Part shown: one piece after another, positions 47,422-59,794 of the stretch | How positions within the stretch are numbered: the first letter of the stretch is position 1 | How the letters are laid out: each line of letters starts with the position of its first letter | Assembly: GCA_965140785.1 (NCBI GenBank) | Contig: OZ223481.1 | Span: 160,001-224,000 of the forward strand | Length of the DNA stretch: 64,000 bases | Direction: 5' to 3' | Source: an uncultured Ruficoccus sp. | GTDB lineage: Bacteria > Verrucomicrobiota > Verrucomicrobiia > Opitutales > Cerasicoccaceae | The notes under the pieces: model-generated | Seen by the model: only the letters and a program-made list of their open reading frames with translations | Database searches by the model: none | Told to the model about the DNA's origin: nothing | Position numbers and translations under genes: made by a program

Positions 47422-48966
47422 ATGAGCACCGTTCTTGAACAAATCCAGGCCGAGATAGCCAAGCTGGAGACCCAGGCTGTCAAAACCAACGTCGGCCGTA
47501 TCGTACAGATCGCCGACGGCGTGGCCCGCCTCGACGGCCTCTCCGAGGTCATGTACAACGAGATGATCGAGTTCCCCGGCGGCGTGTACGGCATCGCCCT
47601 GAACCTCGAAGCGGACGAGGTCGGCGTCATCATCCTCGGCGACCCCGCCGGACTGAAAGAAGGTGACGAGGCCCATACCACCGGTCGCCTGCTCTCCGTC
47701 CCCGTCGGTAAGACCCTCCTGGGCCGTGTGGTGGACGCCCTGGGCGCTCCTATCGACGGCAAGGGCCCGATCGAGGCCGAGGCCACCTACCCGGTGGAGA
47801 AGATCGCCCCCGGCATCATCCCCCGCAAGTCCGTGGACCAGCCGGTGCAGACCGGCATCATGGCCATTGACGCGATGATCCCGATCGGCCGCGGCCAGCG
47901 TGAGCTGATCATCGGCGACCGCGCCACCGGTAAGACGACCGTGGCCATCGACACGATCATCAACCAGGCCCAGATCAACGAGCAGCACAAGAACGAGGAC
48001 GGCTCCTTCGAGGAAGGCTTCCGCCCCATTTATTCCATTTACGTGGCCATCGGGCAGAAGCAGTCCAACATTGCCCGCACGATCAAGTCCCTTGAAGCCG
48101 CCGACGCGCTCAAGTACTGCACGATTGTGGCCGCCCCCGCCGCCGACAATCCGGCCAACCAGTACATCGCGCCCTTCTCCGGCGCGGCCATGGGCGAGTA
48201 CTTCATGCACAACGGCATGGACGCGCTCATCGTCTTCGACGACCTTTCCAAGCACGCCGTGGCCTACCGCCAGATTTCGCTCGTGCTTAAGCGCCCCGCC
48301 GGTCGTGAAGCCTATCCGGGCGACGTTTTCTACCTGCACAGCCGCCTGCTGGAGCGTTCCGCCCGCGTGAACGAGGAAAACGGCAACGGCTCGCTGACCG
48401 CGCTGCCGATCATTGAGACCCAGGCCGGCGACGTGTCCGCGTACATCCCGACGAACGTCATTTCTATCACCGACGGTCAGATCTTTCTGGAGACCGACCT
48501 GTTCAACCAGGGCGTACGCCCGGCCATCAACGTCGGTATCTCCGTTTCGCGTGTCGGTTCCGCCGCTCAGGTCAAGGCCATGAAGCAGGTTGCCGGTAAG
48601 GTGAAGGGCCAGTTGGCCCAGTACCGCGAGCTGGCGGCCTTCGCGCAGTTCGGCTCCGACCTGGACGCCCGCACCAAGGCCACCCTCGACAAGGGCGACC
48701 GCATGGTCGAGCTGTTCAAGCAGCCGCCCCTTTCGCCCAAGCGCACCGAGGTGCAGGTCGCCCTCATCTGGACCGTCCAGAACGACCTTCTGAACGACAT
48801 CCCGGTGAAAAAGATCGCCGAGGCTGTCACCTCCTTGCAGGAGCACCTGATCGCCTCGAAGCCCGGCCTGTTGGACAAGATCCGCACCGGCGGCAAGCTT
48901 TCCGACGAAACCACCGCCGAGCTGAAGGCCGCCATCGAGGAGTGGAAGAAGACCTTCGTCGCCTGA
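47422..48966 (+). CDS. atpA: ATP synthase F1 subunit alpha
   Basis: [35 protein letters not shown]. Confidence 0.99.
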   Translation: MSTVLEQIQAEIAKLETQAVKTNVGRIVQIADGVARLDGLSEVMYNEMIEFPGGVYGIALNLEADEVGVIILGDPAGLKEGDEAHTTGRLLSVPVGKTLLGRVVDALGAPIDGKGPIEAEATYPVEKIAPGIIPRKSVDQPVQTGIMAIDAMIPIGRGQRELIIGDRATGKTTVAIDTIINQAQINEQHKNEDGSFEEGFRPIYSIYVAIGQKQSNIARTIKSLEAADALKYCTIVAAPAADNPANQYIAPFSGAAMGEYFMHNGMDALIVFDDLSKHAVAYRQISLVLKRPAGREAYPGDVFYLHSRLLERSARVNEENGNGSLTALPIIETQAGDVSAYIPTNVISITDGQIFLETDLFNQGVRPAINVGISVSRVGSAAQVKAMKQVAGKVKGQLAQYRELAAFAQFGSDLDARTKATLDKGDRMVELFKQPPLSPKRTEVQVALIWTVQNDLLNDIPVKKIAEAVTSLQEHLIASKPGLLDKIRTGGKLSDETTAELKAAIEEWKKTFVA

Positions 48967-48970
48967 TCCC

Positions 48971-49846
48971 ATGCCCAGCACCAAGGAAATTCGAGGCCGC
49001 ATCAAGGCGGTCAAGAACACCGGCCAGATCACCCGGGCGATGCAGTTGGTGGCCGCTTCCAAGATGAAGCGGGCGCAGGACGACGCCATTTCCAGCCGGC
49101 CCTACGCCATGCTTCTGGCCGAAATCCTCGAGTCGGTCGCCGATCAGGAGACGGAGTTTCATCACCCGCTCCTGGAAGGCCGCGAAGTCAAAAAGCGGGG
49201 CATCCTCGTCATTTCGACCGATAAGGGCCTGTGCGGCGCGCTCAACGCCAACCTTTTCAAGGAGATCATCAAGATCAAGGAGCCGACCGCCTACGTCTCC
49301 ATCGGGCGCAAGGCCACCCAGTTCCTCAGCCGCACCCACCGCGAGCTCAAGGCCGACTTCACCATCTCGGACAAGGTCGCCTACCATGAGATTCGCGCGG
49401 TGGTGGAGTTCATGCTCAACCTCTACTACGAGGGCGAGATCGACACCATCGAGGTGCTCTCCAACCGCTTCATCAACACGCTCACCCAGGAGCCGAACCT
49501 CGCCCGCCTGGCCCCGATGGACCAGCTGCGCGAGCAGATCGACCGCCTGCGCAAGCGCGAGAAGATCGAACTGGCCGAGACCCACCAGGACGAGCGCGAG
49601 TTCCTTTTCGAGCCCGACGCCAAGGCGATCCTGCAGGAGCTCCCCAACCTCTTTATCAAGGAAGAGATCATGCACATGGCAGTCGAGGCCAAGGCCTCCG
49701 AGCACAGCGCCCGCATGGTCGCCATGAAGGCCGCCACCGACAACGCCAAGAACCTCGTCGGCGATCTCACCCTCGAATACAACAAGGCCCGTCAGGCCGC
49801 CATCACCCAGGAAATCATCGAAATCGCGGCCGCCGCCGCCGTTTAA
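48971..49846 (+). CDS. atpG: ATP synthase F1 subunit gamma
   Basis: ITRAMQLVAASK, DKGLCG, SEHSARM.AM, RQAAITQEI. Confidence 0.98.
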   Translation: MPSTKEIRGRIKAVKNTGQITRAMQLVAASKMKRAQDDAISSRPYAMLLAEILESVADQETEFHHPLLEGREVKKRGILVISTDKGLCGALNANLFKEIIKIKEPTAYVSIGRKATQFLSRTHRELKADFTISDKVAYHEIRAVVEFMLNLYYEGEIDTIEVLSNRFINTLTQEPNLARLAPMDQLREQIDRLRKREKIELAETHQDEREFLFEPDAKAILQELPNLFIKEEIMHMAVEAKASEHSARMVAMKAATDNAKNLVGDLTLEYNKARQAAITQEIIEIAAAAAV

Positions 49847-49868
49847 ACTCCACTCTCACACCCTTTAA

Positions 49869-51299
<1,431 letters not shown>

Positions 51300-51311
51300 C
51301 CGCTCCCGCCC

Positions 51312-51728
51312 ATGCCTCTGACACTTGAAATCGTCACCCCCGAAGGTAAGGCCTTCAACGGTGAAGTGGCCGACGTGATCCTGCCCACCGCCAATGGCGA
51401 CGTGGACATCCTCCCCGGCCACCAACCGATGATGACCATCATCGAGGCCGGCGAGGTCCAGGCCACTATGGCCGGCGGCAGCCGCGAATACCTGGCCGTG
51501 GACAAGGGCTTCGCCCGCGTGCAAAACGACGTGGTTTCTGTCCTGGCCGAGGGCGCGATCAACATCCAGGAGATCGACCTGAACTTCGTCGAGGACGCCC
51601 GGCAGAAGGCTGAAGCCGCGCTGAAAAAGGCCCGCGAGGAAGGCCACGACCCGGCCCAGATCGAAAAGCTCGAGTCCATCGCCCGCTTCGCCGTCACCCA
51701 GCAACTGGTCAAGCGCAAGAAACACTAG
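51312..51728 (+). CDS. atpC: ATP synthase F1 subunit epsilon
   Basis: LEIVTP, ILPGH, GFA.V. Confidence 0.96.
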   Translation: MPLTLEIVTPEGKAFNGEVADVILPTANGDVDILPGHQPMMTIIEAGEVQATMAGGSREYLAVDKGFARVQNDVVSVLAEGAINIQEIDLNFVEDARQKAEAALKKAREEGHDPAQIEKLESIARFAVTQQLVKRKKH

Positions 51729-51729
51729 C

Positions 51730-51789
51730 TCCGGCTGGAGCAGCATTCAGGGGCTAACGCCCCTACGCCGCCAGAAAGGCGGCTACCCC
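51730..51789 (-). repeat. Mosaic repeat: M3 sub-module + M2, directly after the atpC stop
   Basis: TCCGGCTGGAGCAGCATTCA (19/20 identical to 43989-44008), then the reverse complement of GGGGTAGCCGCCTTTCTGGCGGCGTAGGGGCG, identical to 54867-54898. Confidence 0.8.
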
Positions 51790-51877
51790 AGCCTTTCATC
51801 TGGATCATCACCCGGAACGTTCGCACCCGGAGTTTTTGCTTCCCGTCGGGGCCGCACTCAGGCAAGCTGACCGCTTC

Positions 51878-52417
51878 ATGTCCCTGTTTCTGGCAACATT
51901 ACTGACCGGCCTCGTCCTGCTCGCCCTCGGCGGCTGGTTCCTGTGGAACGGCCCTCCCGTACGCGAAGCGACCTTCGGGTGGCTGCGCTCGACTCCGGCG
52001 GCGGTGGTGCTTTTCGGCGGGGCGGCGCTGTGGTTTCTCTGGCACATCGCCCACCTGGGCAAGGCCGACTTCGGCGATTACAAGCAGCTCCTGCTGCTGG
52101 TGTTCGGCGTGACCGCGCTGGGCTCGTTTTTCTTCGTCAAGGACTTCCTCCCAGTGCGGGGCCTGGCCGTGCTGATTCTGCTCAGCGCCCGTCCGCTTCT
52201 GGATACGGCCTACATGCAGTTCGACCACCCGCAGCGGCTGTTCATGGTGAGCGTGGTTTATCTGGCCATCGTCATCGCCCTGATCGTGGGTGCCTCGCCC
52301 TTCCGCCTGCGCAACTTTTTCACCTGGCTCTTCGCACAGAGCGTCCGGGTGCGTGCCCTCGGAGGTGTCCTTGCGGCCTATGGGGCGCTGCTGTTCATCA
52401 CGGCCTTCACCTACTGA
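51878..52417 (+). CDS. Hypothetical multi-pass membrane protein
   Basis: 179 aa, about 6 TMs, DFLPVRGL; 6 nt upstream of gmk. Confidence 0.75.
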   Translation: MSLFLATLLTGLVLLALGGWFLWNGPPVREATFGWLRSTPAAVVLFGGAALWFLWHIAHLGKADFGDYKQLLLLVFGVTALGSFFFVKDFLPVRGLAVLILLSARPLLDTAYMQFDHPQRLFMVSVVYLAIVIALIVGASPFRLRNFFTWLFAQSVRVRALGGVLAAYGALLFITAFTY

Positions 52418-52423
52418 TCCAGC

Positions 52424-53032
52424 ATGAGCGCCACAGACCCTGCCCAGGCCAAGCTGATCGTCCTTTCCGGTCCCGCCGGCAGCGGTAAAACCACCCTGTG
52501 CGAGCGCCTGCTGGCCGAACAGTCCGGCGTTCGCCGTGTGATCACCTGCACCACTCGCCAGCCGCGCGAGGGAGAGGTTCACGGGCGCGACTACTATTTT
52601 CTGAGCCCGGAGGAGTTCGAGCGGGGCATCGCAACGGGCGATTTCTATGAGCACGCCCGGGTGCACGGTCGCTACTACGGCACGCTCAAGAGCGAGATCG
52701 ACCGCCAATTGAAGGCCGGGAACAACCTGCTGCTCAACATTGACGTGCAGGGAGCGGCCTCCTTCCGCCAGGCTGAGCGGGAAAATCCCGCTCTGAGTGG
52801 ACGGCTGGTGACGGTTTTTATCACCGTCACCCCCGAGCAGATGCGCGAGCGCATGCGGGGCCGTGGCGACAGCGACGAGGCCGACATCGCCCGGCGGCTC
52901 AAGAGCGCTGAGGACGAGCTGGCGCGGGCTGGGGAGTTCGACCATGTCATTGCCAGCGCGGACAGGGAAAGCGACTATGAACGTCTGCTAATGCTCTACC
53001 AACGCTTAACCAGTGGGGCAACTGGACGATAA
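52424..53032 (+). CDS. gmk: Guanylate kinase
   Basis: SGPAGSGKTT, TTR.PREGE.HG.DY.F, YYGT, IDVQGA. Confidence 0.96.
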   Translation: MSATDPAQAKLIVLSGPAGSGKTTLCERLLAEQSGVRRVITCTTRQPREGEVHGRDYYFLSPEEFERGIATGDFYEHARVHGRYYGTLKSEIDRQLKAGNNLLLNIDVQGAASFRQAERENPALSGRLVTVFITVTPEQMRERMRGRGDSDEADIARRLKSAEDELARAGEFDHVIASADRESDYERLLMLYQRLTSGATGR

Positions 53033-53113
53033 AACGTCTCGACTTCGCTTCGCATTGGTTACTAATTAGTACGAGAAATCTTCTCCACACCTATTCCTAA
53101 ACAACTACGCGTT

Positions 53114-53725
53114 ATGAAAAACCTGAGCAAACTCGTCTCCACCGCCGCGGTCTTCGCACTCGGCGCCACCGTCGTCTCCGCCATGGAAAAGGCTCCCGAA
53201 AAAGAGCCCGCTCCCAGCACCACCCAGTACGCCGAAAGCCTCGGCAAGACTGCCAAGTCGGTCGCAACCGAGAACACCCTTAACTCGATCGACTCGCTCA
53301 AGAGTTCCTTCTCGGGCAACAAGGAAGCCAGCAGCCTGCTCAGCTCCGCGATCAACAGCTTCAAAAGCGGCGACTCTCTCAAGTCCCTCGACACGCTGAA
53401 TCAGCTCAGCTCACTCAAGCTGACCGACCAGCAGTCGCAGCTCGTCGGCGAGGTGAAGTCCACGGTTTCGGCCTACACGCTGAACCAAAACTTCGACACC
53501 TCCAACCCCGACATGAGCGGCCCGGTCAACAACGCCATCGCCGCCATCAAGACCGGTGACAAGACCGCCGCGGCCCAGCACCTCGGCGAGATCTACCAGA
53601 TGAGCTCCCTCACCGAGCAGCAGAAGAACGTCCTCAAGAGCGTCGCCAGCGACTACGCCGGCGTGAATTTGGACCAACTGGGAAATGCGGCCAAGGCGGC
53701 TGGCTCGATCAAGGACATGTTCTAA
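53114..53725 (+). CDS. Secreted helical hypothetical protein with internal repeat (LTDQQ/LTEQQ)
   Basis: Signal peptide MKNLSK...VSA; strongly biased codons. Confidence 0.8.
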   Translation: MKNLSKLVSTAAVFALGATVVSAMEKAPEKEPAPSTTQYAESLGKTAKSVATENTLNSIDSLKSSFSGNKEASSLLSSAINSFKSGDSLKSLDTLNQLSSLKLTDQQSQLVGEVKSTVSAYTLNQNFDTSNPDMSGPVNNAIAAIKTGDKTAAAQHLGEIYQMSSLTEQQKNVLKSVASDYAGVNLDQLGNAAKAAGSIKDMF

Positions 53726-53755
53726 AACACCTGGAGCGAACCCAAGCTTTTCGAT

Positions 53756-53790
53756 AAAAAGACCGCCCGGAGCTTCCGGGCGGTTTTTTT
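53756..53790. terminator. Bidirectional intrinsic terminator
   Basis: AAAAAG-ACCGCCCGGA-GCT-TCCGGGCGGT-TTTTTT. Confidence 0.85.
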
Positions 53791-53839
53791 GCGTGTACGC
53801 CCTCGCCCTGGGGGATTGTCAGACGCTCCGCTTGCTGGA

Positions 53840-54619
53840 CTACCTGCCGGTGAATTTCGGCGGGCGCTTTTCCTTAAAAGAGCGGACACCTTCCTGGTAG
53901 TCCTCGCTGTCGTACACGCGACGGCGCAGGCCCTGGATCTCCTCAAAAGTCTCGGCGGCCAGCGGCGTGCCCTTGAGCAGCAGGCGGAACTGGTGCTTGA
54001 TCGCGCGGATGGCCAGCGGGGCGTTGGCGGTGATGCTCTCGGCCAGCGCCACGGTAAAACTCTCCAGCTCGGGCGCGGGCACGACATGGTTGACCATGCT
54101 CGCGTTGTGCGCCTGCTGGGCGGAAATGGGCTTGGCGGTGAAAAACATTTCCTTGGCGATCTTCGGGCCGAGGACATTGATGAAGTGCACCACGCCGGAG
54201 GCGTTGTAGGGGAGCCCGAGCTTGGCCGGGGTGATGGCGAAGGTGGAGGTCTCCGCGCACACGATCATGTCGCACGAGATGCACAGGTCGCACGCGCCGC
54301 CCCAGACCGTGCCCTCGACCATCGCGATGACCGGGTAGGGGAAGTCCTGCACGCGGCGCAGGAGCACGCCGAGGCTGTCGTAGTAATTGAGTGGATCGCG
54401 GTGCGTCTCGGGCAGCTCCTTGATATTGTGCCCGGCGCTCCAGACCTTTACCCCCGGCTCTGCCCGCAGGATAACGGTGTAAACTTCCTCCTTTTCAAGC
54501 TCGTCAAACGCCCCTACCAGCGCCTGGACCAGCTCCCCGCTCAGGCAATTGCGCTGCGCGGCGTTGTTGAAGGTAAGGACGCCGGTGTGGCCGTGGAGGG
54601 AGGTCGTAACGAGAGGCAT
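53840..54619 (-). CDS. scpB: Methylmalonyl-CoA decarboxylase (crotonase family, ScpB-like)
   Basis: VILRA..G.KVWSAGH.I.ELP...RDPL.Y, VWGGA, TPAKLG.PYN, VYDSEDYQEG. Confidence 0.8.
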   Translation of the reverse strand: MPLVTTSLHGHTGVLTFNNAAQRNCLSGELVQALVGAFDELEKEEVYTVILRAEPGVKVWSAGHNIKELPETHRDPLNYYDSLGVLLRRVQDFPYPVIAMVEGTVWGGACDLCISCDMIVCAETSTFAITPAKLGLPYNASGVVHFINVLGPKIAKEMFFTAKPISAQQAHNASMVNHVVPAPELESFTVALAESITANAPLAIRAIKHQFRLLLKGTPLAAETFEEIQGLRRRVYDSEDYQEGVRSFKEKRPPKFTGR

Positions 54620-54805
54620 AGCCGCATTTTCCGCCCTCAGACCGCGACCGGCAAGGCCCGAGTTGAGCCCGCGAACGCTTTCAGCGGGGGATTGGGGAAA
54701 AAGATTTGCCCGCGAAGACACGCGATGGGGCGCGAAGTCGGGTTCTTCCGTTTCGGGTTCGCCCCGGTCGCGGGAAAAGGCATCCCTAGCCTTGCCCGCA
54801 GACAT

Positions 54806-54833
54806 AAAAAACCCCGGACGTGATCGTCCGGGG
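54806..54833 (-). terminator. Intrinsic terminator downstream of gndA
   Basis: Minus strand CCCCGGACG-ATCA-CGTCCGGGG-TTTTTT. Confidence 0.8.
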
Positions 54834-54866
54834 CTTCGAAGCACAATTAAGATATACGGGTGACCC

Positions 54867-54977
54867 GGGGTAGCCGCCTTTCTGGCGGCGTAGGGGCGCA
54901 GCACCACCATGTCCAGTGCGGTCACGCACCGTAGGGGCGCAGCCCCTCAGTCAGATCAAACGCCGAGCGTTTGCTAG
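54867..54977 (+). repeat. Mosaic repeat: M2, extra GTAG hairpin, M4; ends at the gndA stop
   Basis: M2 at 54867-54902, GTAGGGGCGCAGCCCCT at 54931-54947, M4 at 54954-54977. Confidence 0.8.
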
Positions 54978-56476
54978 GATTTGAGCTGGGGGCGCTTCGG
55001 GTCGGGCCAGTCGATGTGGAAGAACTCGCCGCGCGGCTTGTCGGTGCGCTCGTAGGTATGCGCGCCGAAAAAGTCACGCTGGGCCTGGAGGAGGTTCTGC
55101 GGGAGGTTGGCCGTACGGTAGCCGTCGAAGTAGGAGAGCGCGCTGCCAAAGCACGGGACCGAGACCCCGTGGGTGACGGCGGTCGCGACGACCTTGCGCC
55201 AGTTGGACTCGAGCTTGACCACCGTTTCCTTGAAGTAGGGGTCGAGCAGGAGGTTGGCCAGGTCGGGCTTGGCGGAAAAGGCGTCGGTGATCTTTTGCAG
55301 GAAGCCGGCACGGATGATGCAGCCGCCGCGCCAGATCTGGGCGATTTCGCCATAGTTGAGCTTCCAACCGAACTCTTCGGCAGCGGAACGCATGAGCTGG
55401 AAGCCCTGTGCGTAGGAGCAAATCTTCGAGCAGTAGAGGGCGTCGTGGATGGCCTGGATGAGCGCGTCCTTGTCGCCGTCATACTTGGCGGAGGGAGCCG
55501 GGATCAGCTCGGAGGCGGCGACGCGCTCTTCCTTGATCGCGCTCAGGCAGCGGGCGAAGACGGCCTCGGCCACAGTCGGAGCGGGCACGCCCAGGTCCAG
55601 AGCGCTGATCGAGGTCCACTTACCGGTGCCCTTCTGTCCGGCGGTATCGAGGACGATGTCCACAAAGGCCTTGCCGGTTTCGGGGTCGTTCTGGGCGAGG
55701 ACTTCGCCGGTGATCTCGATCAGGAAAGAATCGAGGATGCCGGTATCCCACTTTTTAAAGATGTCGGCCATCTCGGCCGCGGAAAGGCCGAGCAGGTTGC
55801 GCATGAGGTCGTAGGCTTCGCAGATCATCTGCATGTCGCCGTACTCGATGCCGTTGTGGACCATCTTCACATAGTGGCCCGCGCCGTTCTCGCCGATGTA
55901 GGCGGTGCAGGGCACGCCGCCTTCGACGGGCTTGCCGGGGGCGGCGCCTTCGAGCGGCTTGCCGGTCTCGGCGTCCACCTTGGCGGAAACGGCTTCCCAG
56001 ATCGGCTTGAGGTGATCCCAGGCCTCGGGCGTGCCGCCGGGCATGAGCGACGGGCCGAAGCGCGCGCCTTCTTCACCGCCGGAAACGCCGGAGCCGATGA
56101 AGCGGAAGCCCTTGGCGGTCAAGTCCTTCTCACGACGGATGGTGTCGTGCCAGTAGGCGTTGCCGCCGTCGATGATGATGTCGCCCTCTTCCAGCAGCGG
56201 GACGAGCCCGTCGATAACGGCATCCGTGCCGCGACCGGCCTGGACGAGGATGATGATCTTGCGCGGGCGCTTGAGGCTGGCGACAAAGTCCTTCAGCTCG
56301 GCACAACCGACGAGGCCACCGGGCGTGTCCGGGTGTTTGGCCACAAACTCCTCCATCTTGGAGGTCGTCCGGTTATAGACGGAGATCTTGAAGCCGTGGT
56401 CGGCGATGTTAAGAGCGAGGTTCTGGCCCATGACGGCGAGGCCGACGAGACCGATATCGGAGACTGCTTCTGGCAT
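54974..56476 (-). CDS. gndA: NADP-dependent 6-phosphogluconate dehydrogenase (long form)
   Basis: [49 protein letters not shown]. Confidence 0.96.
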   Translation of the reverse strand: MPEAVSDIGLVGLAVMGQNLALNIADHGFKISVYNRTTSKMEEFVAKHPDTPGGLVGCAELKDFVASLKRPRKIIILVQAGRGTDAVIDGLVPLLEEGDIIIDGGNAYWHDTIRREKDLTAKGFRFIGSGVSGGEEGARFGPSLMPGGTPEAWDHLKPIWEAVSAKVDAETGKPLEGAAPGKPVEGGVPCTAYIGENGAGHYVKMVHNGIEYGDMQMICEAYDLMRNLLGLSAAEMADIFKKWDTGILDSFLIEITGEVLAQNDPETGKAFVDIVLDTAGQKGTGKWTSISALDLGVPAPTVAEAVFARCLSAIKEERVAASELIPAPSAKYDGDKDALIQAIHDALYCSKICSYAQGFQLMRSAAEEFGWKLNYGEIAQIWRGGCIIRAGFLQKITDAFSAKPDLANLLLDPYFKETVVKLESNWRKVVATAVTHGVSVPCFGSALSYFDGYRTANLPQNLLQAQRDFFGAHTYERTDKPRGEFFHIDWPDPKRPQLKS

Positions 56477-56621
56477 AACTTACACGTGTTGGATTTGGCT
56501 CAAATTGACGAAAGCTCGACCCTGGGTCAAGCCGCAATGGGAGTTTTCCCGCCAACGGCGAGGTGGCAACGAAAAACGAGGGCGACCATTCGTTAGCGTG
56601 ATGGGGCGGATGCCAGGCTCT

Positions 56622-56819
56622 TCATATTATTAGAAAAATGGCAATCAGCAGGCATAGGCCGTAAAACAACCGAGCTTTGAGCAAGCGCCTGTCATCGCTG
56701 GAAGAAAATAACTGTGTGATTCTGGCCCTTTGTTTTATGAAATGCTCGCTGTCTATGTATAAGGCAGCGTTTGCGTAAATCATCGCCAATAGACCTACTA
56801 TATAGATTATCTCATTCAT
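56622..56819 (-). CDS. Small 2-TM hypothetical protein, low GC
   Basis: 65-aa ORF in an AT-rich islet between the two gnd genes. Confidence 0.45.
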   Translation of the reverse strand: MNEIIYIVGLLAMIYANAALYIDSEHFIKQRARITQLFSSSDDRRLLKARLFYGLCLLIAIFLII

Positions 56820-56992
56820 GCAGCATGTCTAAGTAATTGCACACCAAAGTGATAATCGATTTCTATGGGCAAACTGACAGGAGTAAGCAATAGAGAGATT
56901 TTTTCATGGCGGCATGAACATCTGCCCATGTTAAGGATACCGCGTAAGACAATTCAAGTCCGTACCCACCGGGCCCCACGGCATAGCGATAC

Positions 56993-57022
56993 AAAAAACG
57001 CCCGGCCAGAACAGCCGGGCGT
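56993..57022 (-). terminator. Intrinsic terminator of the short gnd gene
   Basis: Minus strand ACGCCCGGC-TGTTCTG-GCCGGGCGT-TTTTT. Confidence 0.8.
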
Positions 57023-57064
57023 GGATAAAGAGTGAAACGAAACGAAACGTGCGTTGTAGCCCTT

Positions 57065-58087
57065 TTACTTCATCGGCGTGACGCCGCCCTTCTCGAGGTG
57101 GCCGCCGAACTGGTAGCGCATGGCGGAGCAGACCTTGTCGGCGAAGGCGTGTTCCTCGCGCGAGCGGAAGCGTGAGTACAGGGCACTGGTGAGCACGGAG
57201 GCCGGGGTGGCCGACTCGATGGCGGCCTCGATCGTCCAACGGCCTTCGCCGGAGTCGGAGACGCGGCCCGAGAATTTGTCCAGCTTGGCGTCATCGACGA
57301 AGGAGGCGGCGGTCAGATCGAGCAGCCAGGAGGCGATGACGGAGCCGCGGCGCCAGACTTCGGAGACTTCGCCCAGGTTGATGTGGTAGTCGAGGTCACC
57401 GTGCATGGACGGCGCGGTCTCGGCATCCACTTCCTGGGAGCGGGTGTCGCAGTCGGCGTTCTTGAGAATATCCAGGCCCTCGGCGTAGGCGGCCATGATG
57501 CCGTATTCGATGCCGTTGTGGACCATCTTGACGAAGTGCCCGGCCCCGGCCTTGCCGCAGTGCAGGTAGCCCTTGTGGGCGGTGCCGCCGGCAGGGCGGT
57601 TGGGGGTCGGCTCGGCGTCGCCCTCACCGGGGGCGATGGTGGCAAAGATCGGGTCGAGGTGCTCGACGGGGCCGTCTTCGCCGCCGATCATGAGGCAGTA
57701 GCCGCGGTCCTTACCCCAGACGCCGCCGGAGGTGCCGCAGTCGATGTAGTGGATGCCCTTGGGCTCCAGCTCCTTCGCGCGGCGGCGGTCGTCGCGGAAG
57801 TAGGAGTTGCCGCCGTCGATGATGATATCGCCCTTGTCCATGAGGTCGGCCAGTTGCTTGACCACCTTGTCGGTGATGGCGGCCGGGATCATGACCCAGG
57901 CGGCCTTGGGCTTTTCCAGCTTGGAGACAAATTCTTCGAGGGTGCTGGCGCCGGTGGCGCCTTCGGCCACGAGTTCGGCGACCGAGTCGGGGTTAGTATC
58001 AAAAACGACGCACGTGTGCCCGGCTTTCATCAAACGGCGCACGATGTTGGCGCCCATACGGCCGAGGCCGACCATTCCCAATTGCAT
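57065..58087 (-). CDS. gnd: Decarboxylating 6-phosphogluconate dehydrogenase, short YqeC-type (probably NAD+)
   Basis: [43 protein letters not shown]. Confidence 0.93.
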   Translation of the reverse strand: MQLGMVGLGRMGANIVRRLMKAGHTCVVFDTNPDSVAELVAEGATGASTLEEFVSKLEKPKAAWVMIPAAITDKVVKQLADLMDKGDIIIDGGNSYFRDDRRRAKELEPKGIHYIDCGTSGGVWGKDRGYCLMIGGEDGPVEHLDPIFATIAPGEGDAEPTPNRPAGGTAHKGYLHCGKAGAGHFVKMVHNGIEYGIMAAYAEGLDILKNADCDTRSQEVDAETAPSMHGDLDYHINLGEVSEVWRRGSVIASWLLDLTAASFVDDAKLDKFSGRVSDSGEGRWTIEAAIESATPASVLTSALYSRFRSREEHAFADKVCSAMRYQFGGHLEKGGVTPMK

Positions 58088-58197
58088 GACAGATCCTTGG
58101 TTAGATGTGAGTGAGAAGAGGAGAGGGGCCTAGACTTACCCACGAGCCGGGGAGCTGCCAATCCTTTTCCCGCGGGGACAGAACATTATATGCCCGC

Positions 58198-58974
58198 TCA
58201 AGGCCGGAACTGGGTCCCACCGCCGGACTTCGTCGGGGGGCGGGAGCGCCGAGCGAGCTGCTGGTCGATATATTCCAGCTCGCCCCGGGCCTGTCGGTCC
58301 TTGGGGTTCATTTTGAGGCATTGCTGATAAAGGGCCTTAGCCTTGTCGAAGTCGCCCAGCTCGACGTAAATGTATCCCTGCATGCGCAGGGACCGGCTTT
58401 TCTCATCAAGTTTCGATGTCTCGGGCGAGAACTCATCGGCCACCTTCTCGGCTTCCTCGTAGGTCTTGAGCCCCTCCTGCAGATGCCCCTGTTTGGTGTA
58501 GACGTAGCCAAGCTCATTCAGGAACATGGCATTCATGGGAGAGAGATCGAGGGCTTCGTTCAGGTACTGCTGTGCCTGGTCAAGATCTCCCCGCGAGACC
58601 TCAATGTAGGCGCAGTAGTACAGGGCGAGCGCAAACTGATAGTCCACCACAATGGCGCCCGCCTTATCAGTGGGCCGGATCGGATGGCCCGTGGCGATAG
58701 CGCCCAGATAGAGCAAGGTCTCCGTGCTGCCACGGGAGCAGTAAAATTGCCGTCCGTCCGCCTTTTCCAGCTCGTGCAGTTGCTTGATCGCCGGCAGGAG
58801 AATGTCCTTCATCGCATGGTTAGCCTCACCCTCGGAGATGAGTGTCGCCGCTTCTAGCACCGGATACTTACAAGTAAAATCCAACTCGGGCTTGGAGGGG
58901 CTTTCCTCTGCCAGTGTCGGCAGAGCCAGGCATAGACCGAGGAGGAAAAGAATAAAACAAGGGCTAACTTTCAT
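58198..58974 (-). CDS. Secreted tetratricopeptide repeat protein
   Basis: Signal peptide; TPR motifs such as G..YVELGDFDKA..LYQQCL.MNP. Confidence 0.85.
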   Translation of the reverse strand: MKVSPCFILFLLGLCLALPTLAEESPSKPELDFTCKYPVLEAATLISEGEANHAMKDILLPAIKQLHELEKADGRQFYCSRGSTETLLYLGAIATGHPIRPTDKAGAIVVDYQFALALYYCAYIEVSRGDLDQAQQYLNEALDLSPMNAMFLNELGYVYTKQGHLQEGLKTYEEAEKVADEFSPETSKLDEKSRSLRMQGYIYVELGDFDKAKALYQQCLKMNPKDRQARGELEYIDQQLARRSRPPTKSGGGTQFRP

Positions 58975-59125
58975 GGTTGGGAGTATGAGCAATGAGCCTA
59001 TTGGCCATGGTCAACCGAGACAATCCTGGACTCTCTGATGAGACATGAAACCCGCCTGGGCCGATTGGATTAAGCGCGCAGCAAATTGGCTTGTCGCATC
59101 TGGCCGAAGGTCTCATAACCCTTCT

Positions 59126-59785
59126 ATGCTCAGATTTGCCGAAGAAATTGTGCTGTTGGCCCTGAATGACGAAACCGGCAAGATCAGTCGGAATGTGCCC
59201 GAGCAATCGCTCGAATGCGCCATCGCCGGGGCGTTCCTGATGGAGCTGGACTTCATGAACCGGATCGATGCCGGAGTCGAGACCGTCACGCTGGTCAACG
59301 CTGAGCCGACCGGCGATCCCCTGTTGGACGAAACCATCGCCCTGCTGGGCAAGGTGGATCACTCCACCGTCATCGTGCAGGCCCTGGCCAAGCTCATGCT
59401 CAAGGCAGGAGAGTTCGAGAGCCGCCTCCTGGCTTCGCTCGTCCATAAGGGCATCCTCAAGGAGCAGGACAAGTCCTTCCTCTGGATGAAGGGCGAGCGC
59501 ACCTATCCGACGATCGACGGGCGCGAGGAGTCCGAGGTGCGCACCCGCATCCGCATGATCATTCTCACCGACACGCTGCCGGACCCGCGCGATGTCGCCA
59601 TCATTTCCCTGATGGAAGCCTGCAAGCTGTACCGCACCGTCTTTCTCAACGAGGAGCTTTCAGAGTGCCGCAAGCGTATCGCCCAGGTGGCGAAAATGGA
59701 CTTCATCGGCCAGGGCATCGCCCGCCTGCTCAAGCTGACCGAGACCCGCCCGATCGAGGCCATCGCCGGGCTTCCGAGCAAGTAA
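59126..59785 (+). CDS. GOLPH3/GPP34 family protein
   Basis: AEEIVLLAL...G, AGA.LMEL...RI, PTGDPLLD, LVHKGIL, YP...E..VR.RI. Confidence 0.85.
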   Translation: MLRFAEEIVLLALNDETGKISRNVPEQSLECAIAGAFLMELDFMNRIDAGVETVTLVNAEPTGDPLLDETIALLGKVDHSTVIVQALAKLMLKAGEFESRLLASLVHKGILKEQDKSFLWMKGERTYPTIDGREESEVRTRIRMIILTDTLPDPRDVAIISLMEACKLYRTVFLNEELSECRKRIAQVAKMDFIGQGIARLLKLTETRPIEAIAGLPSK

Positions 59786-59794
59786 TCGGGACGC

